Below, one piece after another: positions 12,074 through 23,156 of a stretch of 64,000 nucleotides of DNA (position 1 is its first letter; each line of letters starts with the position of its first letter). The DNA is from Caecitellus pseudoparvulus. Its lineage: Eukaryota; Protista; Bigyra: Bicosoecida. The stretch covers positions 612,662 through 676,661 of the forward strand of contig CBFFRQ010000053.1 of NCBI GenBank assembly GCA_965644315.1, written 5' to 3'. The notes beneath the pieces are model-generated. The model ran no database searches and had not been told where the DNA came from. It saw nothing but the letters and a program-made list of their open reading frames with translations. Position numbers and translations under genes: made by a program.

Positions 12074-14896
12074 ATGGCGGCTGCGGCTGGCGCTGGGTCG
12101 AGTGCTCCCTCGTCCTTTGAGGAACTTTGCGCTGCGAGACTGCCCTTTCCAAGCTCACAACTCAAACCCAAGAAAGGCTCTGTGCTTCAACCAAGTCGGC
12201 GCTCAAGGAGATCTTCCCAAGCATTGGCTGGACAACCGGCGACACGACAAAGGCCACAGCCCACAATTGGCAAAGTCTTCTGGGTCAACGAAGCATTGAC
12301 CGAGGAGGACAAAGCCTGGTTGGCAGACATGGCAGCCGACACCACCCACCCCTTCGTGCCGATAGACCACCTGCTGCCGGCCATCCAAACACTGACGCTG
12401 ATGGAACGGATACTGCACGGTTGGCGTAGAGTGTCACCAGCCTACCTTCTGACAGGTCCCAGCGGCGTTGGGAAGACCCATCTGCTGGAGGCACATGCCC
12501 GGCAGTTGACTGTGAGGAGCGCCAGAGCGAGAGGTGGCCGGCTCACATTGTGTTGCAGCACGAAGCTTGCTGTACGCGAGCCTTCAGACACTAGTAGCTT
12601 TCATGGGTGGCTGCTCAGGTCAGTCGCGAGCCAGCTGGCCGAGCTGCAACAACATGAGTCTGTCGCAAAGGTGCTGAGGCTGCTGGCCGGCTCTGCACGT
12701 GGCAACCCTGCACGGCAGACGGTAGACGTGCAGCATCTGCTGGCCATGGTGTCGTCAGAGGGCGGCGCCGGCAGCACTCCACCCACAGAGCTGTCGCCCG
12801 AGGTGCACACAGCTCTGACTGGTGCTGGCACGAAGAATCGCCTGGGCCTGGCCTGCGCCGTGTTGAAGGAAGCCAACATCGCCGTCATTGTGCACATTGA
12901 TGACGCCGACTGTCTGTTCCAGGGCAAGCACTTCACACGGGGGTGTGCGAAGCGGTGGTGCTTGCAGCTGAAGGATTTGCTGTCTTTGAAGTACCCTGCC
13001 GTTGGCGTGGTCCTGTGCACTTCCTTCCAGCGGGCCAGCCAACTGTTCGTAGACGATGGAGAACCTCATGACTTCCCGCCCCGCTTCACACATCACGAGC
13101 TGCGAGAGATCTGGAGCAGGCCTAAGTTCAAGCTCAGGCACACTCCCGTGGGAGGGCCTGCTTGGAACTGCACGTCTCTCATGGCCTTCCTCCTCACACA
13201 CGCGGGCAGGGAAGTGGGCAGCTCATTCTCCCTCTTCCAGCGCCACCTTGACCAGCAGCCGTCAGAGGTAGCGCTTCGGGTGGCCAGGGGGCTCGATGCG
13301 CTGTGCTTGCAGAGCTGGAAGGGGGACGCTGGAGCAAGCACTGCGGTGAAGCTGGACGCTTTCCTGGTGCACATCATGGAGCAGTTCGGGCACACACCCC
13401 AAGACCTGGAGCGTGCGGTGCCTGAGCTTGTGGACGCATGCCAAGCGCCTCAGGCATGGCCAGTATCCACGGAGGAAGCTGCAGTGGAACTTGTCTCACG
13501 TGAACATGCCCGTATGCTCAGGCTGGTGATGGATACTTTCCTGGAGATCTTGCCGGATGACGAGCAGGAACAGCTGGCCAAGGACACCCTGCTCACCTTC
13601 CGCTCCAGGCGGTACGCCGTGTCCAGTTCGCTGTTGGCAGAGTTCCTGGACGTATACATCACCCGCCAGGCACAACAGGCTGCAGCCGCAGCAGGTGACA
13701 GCGCAGCTCACCAGGCACGTGCGCTTGTATGTCCGGCTGCTCTTCATTGCGTCAATACCGCCATGGATGCTGGGTGGCTCTTACCCCACCCCCGTGGTCT
13801 GAGCCTAGGGAGCCTGCAAGTATACCGCAAGAACATGTGTGGGGGTGTGCACCCTGACATCATCAAGTGGATGCGGGGAGGTGGGTTTGGCAAGCAGGCT
13901 GAGATGCCCATGGCCCTTGTCTTTGCGAGGATGCCGAGGTTCAAGGGACGTGTGCTTGTAAAGCGTGCTGACGGGTCAGTGTGGTGCGGCAACGATGACT
14001 CGGAAGCTGGAACGCTGGTGGAGTTGTTTGTTGGGAGGCGGAGGAGGAAGGCTGCTGGCGCACGCCAGCCCGAGGCCGTGCCTGCTGAGATAAGCGGTGC
14101 AGCACCTGCCGAGGCGGGCGCTGAGGGAGGTGGCGCGGCAGCTGAAGGTGGTGAAAGCTGGCTTGCCCGTGCGGAGGCTGCGTGTGAGTCGCTCAAGAGG
14201 GCTCCTCGTGAACTACAGGAGCTCTTGACTCTCACCCAGGGTGGTTTCTGGGTGAAGGAATCGCCCGATGAAAATGGAGCCGATCTTTTGGGGGTGCTAC
14301 CCAGTGTTGGTGCTGACGGGCTGTCTGTCAAGGTCGTGCGAGTTCAGGTAAAGCGAGCCATTCAGGATACACTGAAGGACCCTCGCCAGCACGAGAGAGC
14401 TGGTGCCTGTCTGCGGGAGGCTGTGGCGAAGCTCCTGGGTGTGGAGATCTTCAGAGATGGAAGTGCAGCTGATCTGGAGAACATTCACCTACCAGTGGTC
14501 AGGGCGGTGTGGGACATCATTGCTGTCGCCATCATTGCTGGCAGAGACGGGTGGCACGTATTGGACGACAAGCATTTGGTAGCAGAGAAGCTCAAGGAGC
14601 TCTTCGAAAGTGGAACAGTCCGCTTTGAGGATGGTGGGGCGTGCGTTGCCATGACACACGTGCCATCTCGAAGAACAAAGCAAAATGCGCAAGAAAAAGG
14701 CATCCAGGTCTTTGATGGCAAAGATCTGAAGAGCTACTGGGGGAGGGTGGCGGTCGTGTGTGCTGCCGCAGGTGTGTGGCTGTGGGATGGTGCGGCCGGC
14801 AGGGGCACCCCCCAACAACCAGGAGAACTCGAACGCAATGGGAGTGCCGACGACGGCCCGTCTCGCCGGCCCAGGGTGCCCGAAAAGGGCAGGTAG
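12074..14896 (+). CDS. P-loop (AAA/STAND-like) NTPase fused to a C-terminal Mrr-like PD-(D/E)XK endonuclease; Crinkler/RHS-type NTPase-REase architecture
   Basis: Intact intronless 940-aa ORF. Walker A GPSGVGKT (12455-12478) and Walker B VIVHIDDAD. The C-terminal region has GFGKQAE (helix-1 Glu), DENGADLL..VVRVQVKR (D..QxK) and MTHVPSRRTKQNAQEKGIQVFDGKDL, matching the Mrr_cat pattern. Confidence 0.7.
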   Translation: MAAAAGAGSSAPSSFEELCAARLPFPSSQLKPKKGSVLQPSRRSRRSSQALAGQPATRQRPQPTIGKVFWVNEALTEEDKAWLADMAADTTHPFVPIDHLLPAIQTLTLMERILHGWRRVSPAYLLTGPSGVGKTHLLEAHARQLTVRSARARGGRLTLCCSTKLAVREPSDTSSFHGWLLRSVASQLAELQQHESVAKVLRLLAGSARGNPARQTVDVQHLLAMVSSEGGAGSTPPTELSPEVHTALTGAGTKNRLGLACAVLKEANIAVIVHIDDADCLFQGKHFTRGCAKRWCLQLKDLLSLKYPAVGVVLCTSFQRASQLFVDDGEPHDFPPRFTHHELREIWSRPKFKLRHTPVGGPAWNCTSLMAFLLTHAGREVGSSFSLFQRHLDQQPSEVALRVARGLDALCLQSWKGDAGASTAVKLDAFLVHIMEQFGHTPQDLERAVPELVDACQAPQAWPVSTEEAAVELVSREHARMLRLVMDTFLEILPDDEQEQLAKDTLLTFRSRRYAVSSSLLAEFLDVYITRQAQQAAAAAGDSAAHQARALVCPAALHCVNTAMDAGWLLPHPRGLSLGSLQVYRKNMCGGVHPDIIKWMRGGGFGKQAEMPMALVFARMPRFKGRVLVKRADGSVWCGNDDSEAGTLVELFVGRRRRKAAGARQPEAVPAEISGAAPAEAGAEGGGAAAEGGESWLARAEAACESLKRAPRELQELLTLTQGGFWVKESPDENGADLLGVLPSVGADGLSVKVVRVQVKRAIQDTLKDPRQHERAGACLREAVAKLLGVEIFRDGSAADLENIHLPVVRAVWDIIAVAIIAGRDGWHVLDDKHLVAEKLKELFESGTVRFEDGGACVAMTHVPSRRTKQNAQEKGIQVFDGKDLKSYWGRVAVVCAAAGVWLWDGAAGRGTPQQPGELERNGSADDGPSRRPRVPEKGR

Positions 14897-15126
14897 TAGC
14901 GTAGCAGTTGGAATGCAAAGCAGCACCGTGTGCCCAGTCTCTCCCGCTGGCCCATGCCTGGCTCCCTGCACTCCTCACCCGCCGCACGCCACTCGCAGCT
15001 GCTACCCCAGATCTGTCGCGCAGCAATGCTGCTGTGGAGAGTGGACTGGGCTGATCACCTGCGCTGCTGCTACTTGCGGCATGCTGGGACCCAGCTCAGA
15101 CCCCGCCTGCCCACTGAGTGCGCGAC

Positions 15127-15421
15127 ACAGCTTCATGATGCACACATGGCACACATGGCGCGGATCGCAGGTATGCCCAGTGCAGCAGCAGCAGCAACAG
15201 TGCCGGCCACCCAGGCCAAGGTGACGGACGCGGAGTGATGGATCGGCGATGTAATGCAAGGCAGTGCACGGCGCATCATCACGCAATGGTTGCATTCACA
15301 ATGATGCCTGTGCGTCAGGCCTTGGAGATGGCGGCACGTGCAGCCTTGACGATGGTGGCGTGGTCCGCTGACAGGAAGGCGCCAGTCTTGGCGGTCTTCC
15401 ACTTGGTAGCCTCCTCCTTGG
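15127..15421. repeat. Direct repeat copy 2 (295 bp): orphan 3' end of the PAM2 gene plus the true eIF4G 3' end
   Basis: Matches 686-987. The PAM2-gene fragment (…AKVTDAE*, stop at 15236-38) has no upstream part and carries the 7-bp deletion. Confidence 0.95.
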
Positions 15422-18400
15422 TCACGATGCCCTGCTCCAGGAAGTACGCTGTGAAGGCCCCGATGACTGCTGGGCGAGCGTCGGCGGTGTACATGTCCTC
15501 CAGTTGGCAGTAGCGCCCAGTGCCTTCAAGCAGGAACGCCGCGAACTCCTCCGCTCCAGCGGCACGCCCGGCATCGGCGATGGTCTTCACGGCACCCTGC
15601 ACCTTGTGCAGCTGCTCGACGTCTGCGGCACCGGCGTTGCCGCCCATGCCAGCGTTGCCGGCATCACCGACCAGCTGCAAGAGAGCGCTGGCCGCGACGG
15701 GGGCGCTGGCACCGGACAGGTGTGTGCTCCATGCGGCGGCGATGTCCTCGGCACCCTTCCGGTCTGACTCTTGGCGCCATGCCAGCAGAGCCTGCAGGTG
15801 GGCCGCATCAGGGTGCGAGGCAATGGCGTCGCACTGCAGGGCAGCCGCCATGTTCTTGGTGAAGCCCCGTGTGTCGAAGGTGCAGGGGCCAGCCAGTGGC
15901 ATGAGGCTGACGTCGTGCGGGATGGTGACGGGAGGGCCGTCTTCGTTCACCTTGGCGGCCTCCGCCAACATGGTGCCAAGCAGGGCCAAGCCGGAGCCAG
16001 CGAAGAATGCGGTGCCAATGCTGCACAGCCGCACCAGGGTGGCCACGTGCATGCTGCCGTTGTTGATGACGGGGGCGAAGAGCTGCGAGGAGAGGGCAGG
16101 GCGGGAGGAGTGAGGCGGGCCGGCACAGGTGCAGGCGGGTGCGGGCGGGGACATGTGTGCACGGCAGTTGGTCAGTAGGCCTAGTCGCGGAGTGAAGATC
16201 AAGGCGGCAAGCCGCTCAGAATAGAGGTGTCAGAAAGTACGCGAATCGTCATCCCAACGCCAGTGCACACACGGACACCGGGCGTGCGCGCCACGTACCA
16301 CTCCCAAGTACACGTCCACCTTGGGCAAGTCGTATGCCTTGAAGTCCTTGTAGCCGGCGAGGTGGGTGGCGAGGCCGCTCACCACATCGTCCTGTGTGAT
16401 GGCGTCCTTGGCCCAGGCCAGGGACAGCAGCAGGGCAGCGTCCTCTCGGGCTTGGGCGTCCTTGGCATCCTTGGCCACCTTGAAGGCCTCTGAGATGAGG
16501 GCCTCACCCCGACCAGTGGAGGCTTGGATCTCCTGCAGGGAGGTCACGAGCTCCTTCCCGGCGGGGGTGTCTTCCAGCTCCTGCAGGGATGCCTGTCGGT
16601 GTTCGCTGCGCAGGTTGGAGCCGAAGTCCGTGAAGAAGGAGGCCACACGAAGGACCAGGGCATCCCCCTCCAGAGCCTCGGACGCTGCACCAGCTGCTGC
16701 GGCTGCTGCCGTCGCCTTGGGGGAAGCTGCTTGTGGAGAGCGGCCGACACCACCTGGGCGCCCTTGAGGGCGACCACTGCGCCGGCCGCCAGCTCGAGAC
16801 GCGTGGCGGGATGTGCCTGTCGCATCGGAGGCCACGCGGACATCTTGGTTGCGGTCGAAGCGCCCGCCACGCCTGCCGTCCCAGGCACTCCCCGAAGCGC
16901 CGCGAGCACCCCTCTGCTTCAGAGCGGCCACCTTCTTTGCCATGGCCTTCTCTTGCTCGGCTTTGTGGAACTCTTCCTTGGTCATGGTGCGGCTGGTCTT
17001 GGCGACGTGCCCGTCCCGGAACGTCCAGCCCTTCTCTGCCGCTTCCTTGACGTCAAGGGCACGGAAGCGCACAGTGGACCCGTGCGCCTTCTCCTCATAC
17101 AACGCCTGCAGGAAGCCCAGCATGTCGCTCAGCGTCAAGCGACGCCCCTTCAGCATGGCCTCACGCTTGGCGGGTTCCGCTGCAGCGCTAGCCTTTTCCT
17201 CCTCCTCCAGCTTGGCACCCACCACTGCCATGAGGTTGCAGAAAGCCAGAGCGTCAGTCTCGTCCACGACGTCGGGGTGGAGATTCTCACCGTGGTGCAG
17301 CAGTTTCAGGACGCAGAAGTCGATGATCATTGCCTTGGCGATGTTGACCTTGTACAGCTCTCCGATGAAGCTGATGTTGCTGAGCACCTTGCGCCGGCGC
17401 ACCATGCCCTCAAGCTGGCGCTCGTCTCGACGTGTTTGGAAGGCGTCGGCTTCCTTGTCGGTCAGCTTGCCGGCTGCAATCATCTCCGCTTCGGCGGCCT
17501 TGTCCTTGGCTTCGGCCTCCTCCAGGTCGTCGTATGTGACCTCCTTGCTGAACTCTGCTTGAGCTCGGTTCAACAGGATGCGCATGAAGGAGCAGCGTCG
17601 AGTCATGTCTTGCTCCGCCGCCTCCATGGTGGAGAAAGGGCCGAAGACGTGGGCGCGGCGTTCAGTGCTGCCTTCATCTGTGACTTGCGGGCGCTTCTCG
17701 CCGCTCAGGTCGGCATACCACTTGCCATCTTCAGCCTGGAAAGAGATGCCGAAGGTGTGCCGGCCGTCCTTGCCTTGAGTCCAGGCGGCGGCCGACTTGG
17801 TCAGCTTCAGACACAGGTCTGCGAAGAGGTCCTGGAACTTTTGGAACTCGACTGCCTTGTCGTACACGATACCAACAACGTCCACCAGCTCCTGCATGGA
17901 GGTGATGTCCACGGTCAAGATCTGGTTGCTCAGGCGGTCGAACGTGTCACGGGCGAGCTTGTTCAAGATGGAGGTGACCTCCTCCTTGAGTTCCTCTTGG
18001 TGTGACTTGGCTCGGGCCATCTGGTGCGTGTAAGACGCTTCCCCTGCACTGTGCAGCAGCACAGTCGGATCGCGCAAGGCCATGAAGTCCTTGCCACTCT
18101 TGCCCGAGGGGCCCTTGTCGCGGCTTGAGGACCCGGCGGGTGCACGCCTCCTCGTGCCGAAGCCACCATGCTGTGACTTGGCTGTGGGGACAGGCTCGGG
18201 GACGACCACCTTGAACGGCTTCAGGCCGGCATACCACAACGTCTGCCGGACTGGTTCAAGTTTGTTCATCCACTCCACGCTGTACACAGGGCCTCCAGCA
18301 GGAGCCTCTGGCAGCTTGTCTTCGCCGTGGACAAGCGCAACCGGTGGCTGCCACTCCTCGTACGCTTCAAGAGGCTCGAGCAGTCGATCCACTGGACTCA

Positions 18401-19380
18401 TGTACACGGTGGCCTTGCGGGGTTCGTCCTTGGAAGGGGTGGGCGAGTCGGCCGGCTTCTCGACAGGCTCTGAAGTGGTCACGGGCTCACTGGGGCCAGT
18501 GGACGGGACGGGGGTGTCCTTCTGCTGGGAGGCAGGCTCAGTAGTTGGTGCTACAGGCGAGGGTGCGCCACCACCGGCTCCAGGAGTGGGAGCAGGAGTG
18601 CCAGAGTCAGGCGCTGCCGCTGGAGCCTCAACAGCAGGGGTAGGTTCCGGGGAGATGGTTGCTGGTGCGCTTGCCTGTGCGGCACCTTCAACCTCCTCTT
18701 GGTTCAGGATGGTGCCGTCGTCATCTTCCAAGACAGCCACCCTCCTCGTGCGAGTGCGCTGTACGGCACTGCCCCCGTTGCTGCGAACTTGGTCAACAGT
18801 GCGGGTCGGGGAGGTGTACTGTGGCTGTCCGGGAGGAACGCCGTAGGACCAAGGCATCATCCCCATGCCACTGGACGTAGGTGGGAACTGGCCGAAAGTC
18901 ATGGGGCTGGGGATGAAGCTTGGGGCTCCCTGCGCCTGGCAAGTGAAGGAGGACAAGTTGGCGTAGGGGAAGCTTGGGCAAGCACAGCGCCGTGCACTTA
19001 CACCTGGCATTGGCATGCCCGCAGAGACTGCCACTCCTGGCACAGAATGCGCCGGAGGTGCTGATGTTGTTCGCTGTGGCAGGAAATGGGAGGCGTGCGC
19101 GTGAACGTGTATGCGTGTGTGCGTGGCGTTTCGTCCGCCAGGAACACTACGCAACCCCAACGTACGTGTGAGCCTACCCCGGCGTGGGCAGCTGCAAAGG
19201 GAGAGGATAACGAGAAAACAGAGTCAATACATGCTTGGGCAGCTGCACATGCCCCGCCAGTACTCACGTGGTGGCGACTGCCCGCCAAAGGGGGGGACGC
19301 TGAGGAGTGGTGTGGCGGCCGGCTCAAAATGACGCCGGGCAACCTCAACGGCGCCCAGCGAACGTGACGCACCCTGACAT
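15315..19380 (-). CDS. EIF4G: Eukaryotic translation initiation factor 4G (MIF4G + MA3 domains), multi-exon
   Basis: MIF4G signature: VTSILNKLARDTFDRL..IVYDKAV..FADLC..RILLNRAQAEF..SNISFIGELYK. A 4E-binding-like motif YSVEWMNKL lies at ~18260-18285. The MA3 motif DLPKVDVYLGV|LFAPVI is joined across a phase-0 GT-AG intron (16083-16298), linking ORFs 16230-19160 and 15315-16202. Several small 5' exons; probable ATG at 19378-80. Confidence 0.9.
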
Positions 19381-19880
19381 GATGGGTAGAAGTGACAGCG
19401 CCTGGCCTAGAGATACCTGGAGCCGTCGCTGCAAGGCACTGTAAGTGCTCTGGAGGGTGTGTAGCTCAGCCGGTGAGCTCAGGGAAAGCTGCCGATGGCT
19501 CGTCTCGTCAGCTGGAGCTGGGAGGGACAAGCACAGGCAGGCGATCGGATTAAGTTATTTGGGAAATCAAGCAATGAAATGGTGTCGCACATCAAATGTC
19601 AGAATAACTTTTTGTGTGTAATGTGTCGCTGGTTTAGCGGGTGATGGTTGTGTCGTGAGGGGGGTAGGTTGCCCCCTCCCAGTGCCTGGCTTGCTTGCGG
19701 GTTGCGCATGCCAGGGGCACAGTCGGCCGGACAAGCAGCAGGTGCAAGTTGCGGTAAGTGAAGGTTTGTATGAATTCTCTATGAGCAGTGCCATGGTGAG
19801 GCTGTGAGGCTGGCGTAGTCGCCGATACCAGGCTCATCACCATGCACAGCTTCTTGAGAGTAAAAAGGTAAGTATCAGAA

Positions 19881-21236
19881 TCAATAGAATGTCGGCTTCT
19901 TGCCGACAGAAAGATGAAATGCGCCAGTCTGCTCCTTCAATCGTAAAGCTGGACACTCTATCCACGCTTTCAGGGCGTTGAGATGTAGGGTGAGAGCGAG
20001 CAACTGCACCTTCACACCTACGTCAAACCCGTTGGTTTCCTCCCCACAAAGGTACCTCGCCGCTTTCCACAGCGTACTCGTGGCAAGTGCTGGGCGGATG
20101 AAGGCTTCCCAGCAGCGTGCCAGCATGAGCAGGGGGGCTTCCTGGATGCTGTACACCAGCAGCACATCCGGGTACCCATTCTCCACGTAGACCTTCTGCT
20201 GCTCGACGTCGACGTGTAGGTGGTGCCTTGCAAGGGGCCCTTCCTTGGTTGCAGCGTCGAATCGCTCCACCGTGGCCGAGATACGCGACTCATCGGCTTC
20301 GCGGTCAGGCACAGCCCAGTCTTGGAAGAAACGGTTCAGGTCCCACGGTCCACGCCAATGAGACAAGTGGCCGATCATAGTATGACGACCGTGGCTGCGT
20401 GGCTTCACATCTTCGGGTGTCGTCCACCTCATGATGTTGGCCAGGGATCTGGCGTCAGCATCGTTCCAGGCACCGAGGCCGTCAAGCGGGATGATGAGGA
20501 AGAACGCATCTTGTCTGTGCACCGTGGCAGGCAGCGACTCCCCTACCTGCAGTGACCACATGCTCTCTGGTAGTAGGCCGAGGCCTGAAGCAGGGTGTGG
20601 AGGGGGGGTGCCGACTGGATATGCCGGTTGCTCATCGGAGTCTGCCTCAGGCGAACCAGATGTAGGCCACTGGACTGGCGATGCCGAATGTGGACTGCCT
20701 GCCTCAGGAGGCAGCACGGGTGGCTTCCTTGAGTGGCGTGAAATCTTAGCAATATTTACTTGGACTGGTACGAAGGAATCAATAGCTTGTACAGCGTCGC
20801 CGTCATGCGGAGGCGTGTCTGGTTCTTCTCCCGCAACTTTTCGCTGCGACGCATGGACTGCCCGTGCCGCGTCCCCGTGGGGTTGCGCTGGCGATTGGGC
20901 ATCAAAAAAAGAATCCAACCCTGGACATGGCCATGGTGCTGGATGTTTGCTCTGCCAGGGTATGCTTCCGCCATCCTCGCTGGGGAGTGCTTCGCGGGGC
21001 ATGGCTGGCGCTGAGTGCTGGCTTGAGCTGGAGTGTGCGGCGAGTGTCGCCGTCTTGTGAGTGGTTGATATGGTAGGAGTTGGGTGAGGTTGCATGTTTG
21101 TGTTGTAGGTAGCGTGTGAAGTCATCGTTGTGGGCTCGGGCAGTGACTGCGGATGCACTGGAAGTGGGGACGCTTGGCCCCCACTTGCACCCCCCCCTCC
21201 ACACACACTCAGGGGCTGAGAAAATACATGAACCAC
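19881..21236 (-). CDS. Hypothetical protein (disordered N-terminal half, globular-looking C-terminal half)
   Basis: 451-aa ORF in a less GC-rich stretch. No motif recognised, and the start codon is uncertain. Confidence 0.45.
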   Translation of the reverse strand: MVHVFSQPLSVCGGGGASGGQASPLPVHPQSLPEPTTMTSHATYNTNMQPHPTPTISTTHKTATLAAHSSSSQHSAPAMPREALPSEDGGSIPWQSKHPAPWPCPGLDSFFDAQSPAQPHGDAARAVHASQRKVAGEEPDTPPHDGDAVQAIDSFVPVQVNIAKISRHSRKPPVLPPEAGSPHSASPVQWPTSGSPEADSDEQPAYPVGTPPPHPASGLGLLPESMWSLQVGESLPATVHRQDAFFLIIPLDGLGAWNDADARSLANIMRWTTPEDVKPRSHGRHTMIGHLSHWRGPWDLNRFFQDWAVPDREADESRISATVERFDAATKEGPLARHHLHVDVEQQKVYVENGYPDVLLVYSIQEAPLLMLARCWEAFIRPALATSTLWKAARYLCGEETNGFDVGVKVQLLALTLHLNALKAWIECPALRLKEQTGAFHLSVGKKPTFY

Positions 21237-21401
21237 TTTGCATCATGAGAGCAATCTGACCTTGATCTATCCCTGTTCAGTCCCGATATCACGCAGGCCC
21301 GCTCGTGTCGTGAACCGCAAGGCAGTTTCGCACGAGCCACGGTTGTGTCTGGGGCGCCACGCTCAGCAGCGCAAGTCTTGCACACACATAGCAGTGCGTG
21401 T

Positions 21402-23150
21402 ATGGACATGCCGGAGCAGCCGTCCAGGATTGATGCCGAGCAGGGCCGGCCACGTGAAGCGACGGCCAACCAGGGAAGCCCAAGGAAGCCAGAGGGCCCA
21501 CCATCTGGGCCTGACGCGGGCATGCTTGGGCAGTTCGTGTCAGGGGGTAGTCAGTGGGTGAACGACCACTACAAGGCACTCCGTCGGGCTGCACTTGCAG
21601 CAGCTGTGGTTGGAACTGGCGTCGCGCTGTTTTTCAGTCCGGGTGTGCGTAGTGCGGGATTTTTAGCGTGACCACGCCATTGCATGTGCTCCCGCTCGCA
21701 AGCGCAGTTTTCGCGGCACTCACACAAAGCCCTCTTTGAATTGAGCCAAAAAGGCAAATTGCGGCGCCTGAAGTGCCAAGTACTGCGGGTGGACGCCATA
21801 AGTCTCCCTGGCAGCAGCAGCGTGGTGCCCCTTCTCTGGGCTCGCCATTCGCCTCCCGGCGCATTCCTGAAGCCCTACGACGAGCAGCGCAAAGGTCCAT
21901 CCTGGTCCACGCTGTCTGAGGATGCATATGTATTCCCTGTGGTTCCGCTGGGAGTTCAATTCCCCCACCACGCCACCGTGGGCACGGACAGTATGCGATG
22001 GCTCCGCAACGAACTTACACCTCGCAGGTCCGGCGATCAGGCAGCGTACGGGAGCCTGCGAGCCAGTGGTGGGCACCACCCCAGCCATGTCATGGTGGAA
22101 GTACTCGGGCACGTGCAGGGTGCAGCCCACGTCAGTCCGCAGTCCCCTGCGCGCCCCGGGGACGAAGCGGGCGAGGCGAGGGAGCTGAGTCTGGTTTTGG
22201 GGAGCGTCTTCCGCAAGGCTCCCTGGTGGAGCTCTCTGCCCGCCTGGTTGCTGCACAGGACGGTGAATCTTGCTGCGTACCAGGCAGCAGAGGCCCTGTT
22301 CATCACGCAGAGCGTGCAGCGGCACTGCCGAGGAGAGACTCCCCCCCGGCACCTGGCACCTGTGCAACCGTGGCAGGCAGCTGAGCCTGTTGGAGGAGAT
22401 GAGGACTCCCTTGCCGCGGCTGGATCGGAGGCAAGCGCCCCTCCCGCTCCGCAGCAGCGCCAAGAGACTGCCTTGCAGTTGCTGCCCCCCGCCCAGTCCT
22501 GGGCAGACTGGGCCTACAGCTTGCCCAGCTCCCTGCCCCAGGCAGCGTCCCAGGCGGCACAGGGAGGGGCAGACTACGCGTCCAGGAGTGTGCAGGACCT
22601 GTTGCAAACCACCGGTGCTGCCAAGGCCTGGGACCAGGTCGCGAGCAGCTTGCCTTCCCTGCCGTGGGTGGGCGCCAGTGCCGACAGCGAGTCAGCAGAT
22701 GAGAAGGCGGGCCGGGCCCACAAGCCGCCCCCTGGCTTCACGCTGCGGCAGCCGCCCGTGGAGCAGGCTCCTTGGTGGGCATTTTGGTGGTCAGGGCCCA
22801 AACCCATTGCGCAGCCGCCCCACCCAGAAGGCGTGCTGTCAGGGCTGCAGGAGGGGGCGCCGCCCACGCGGCACGCGCACCCCAGGGATGGTCTGTGGGC
22901 CCTGGGCAGCGTCAGCTTGGCGCAGCACTTGGCCCAGCATGGTGCTGCCGTTCTCCACGAGGAGCTGGCCATTGGCCTGCTCGCCGGGCAGCAGCGAGAG
23001 GGCGCACCCCTGCACTTTACACCTGCTTCGTCTCCCAGGGAGGTGGCAGAGGCGCTGGGGAACGTGGAGATGGGGCAGTCTGCCGCGGCAGTGCACGGCC
23101 TGGGAGTGTGGGCCGACGCCGACTTTCTGCAGGAGTGGCAGGACAGGTGA
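21402..23150 (+). CDS. Membrane-anchored SNase-fold protein, C3orf33/LCL3-like
   Basis: Exon 1 has a TM segment (AALAAAVVGTGVALFF), then a phase-0 intron at 21645-21707. Motif order LKCQVLRV..ARHSP..VVPLGV..MRWLRNEL..VEVLG..SLAQHLAQHGAA..AAAVHGLGVW parallels the C3orf33/thermonuclease family, with long insertions. Confidence 0.5.
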
Positions 23151-23156
23151 AGGGCG

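Larger units (their letters stand above)
988..15126 (+). mobile_element. Putative composite insertion: NTPase-nuclease unit / SPEF2 pseudogene / NTPase-nuclease unit, bounded by ~300-bp direct repeats
   Basis: It interrupts a convergent gene pair whose shared 3' region is duplicated on both sides. Homologous units (~1130-3510 and ~11840-15126) lie at both ends in the same orientation. No TIRs, LTRs or known transposase were seen, so mobility is inferred only. Confidence 0.5.

Noticed and set aside
15315-16202. Separate 295-aa gene downstream of eIF4G
   Set aside because: It joins eIF4G in frame via the GT-AG intron 16083-16298 and completes the MA3 domain.
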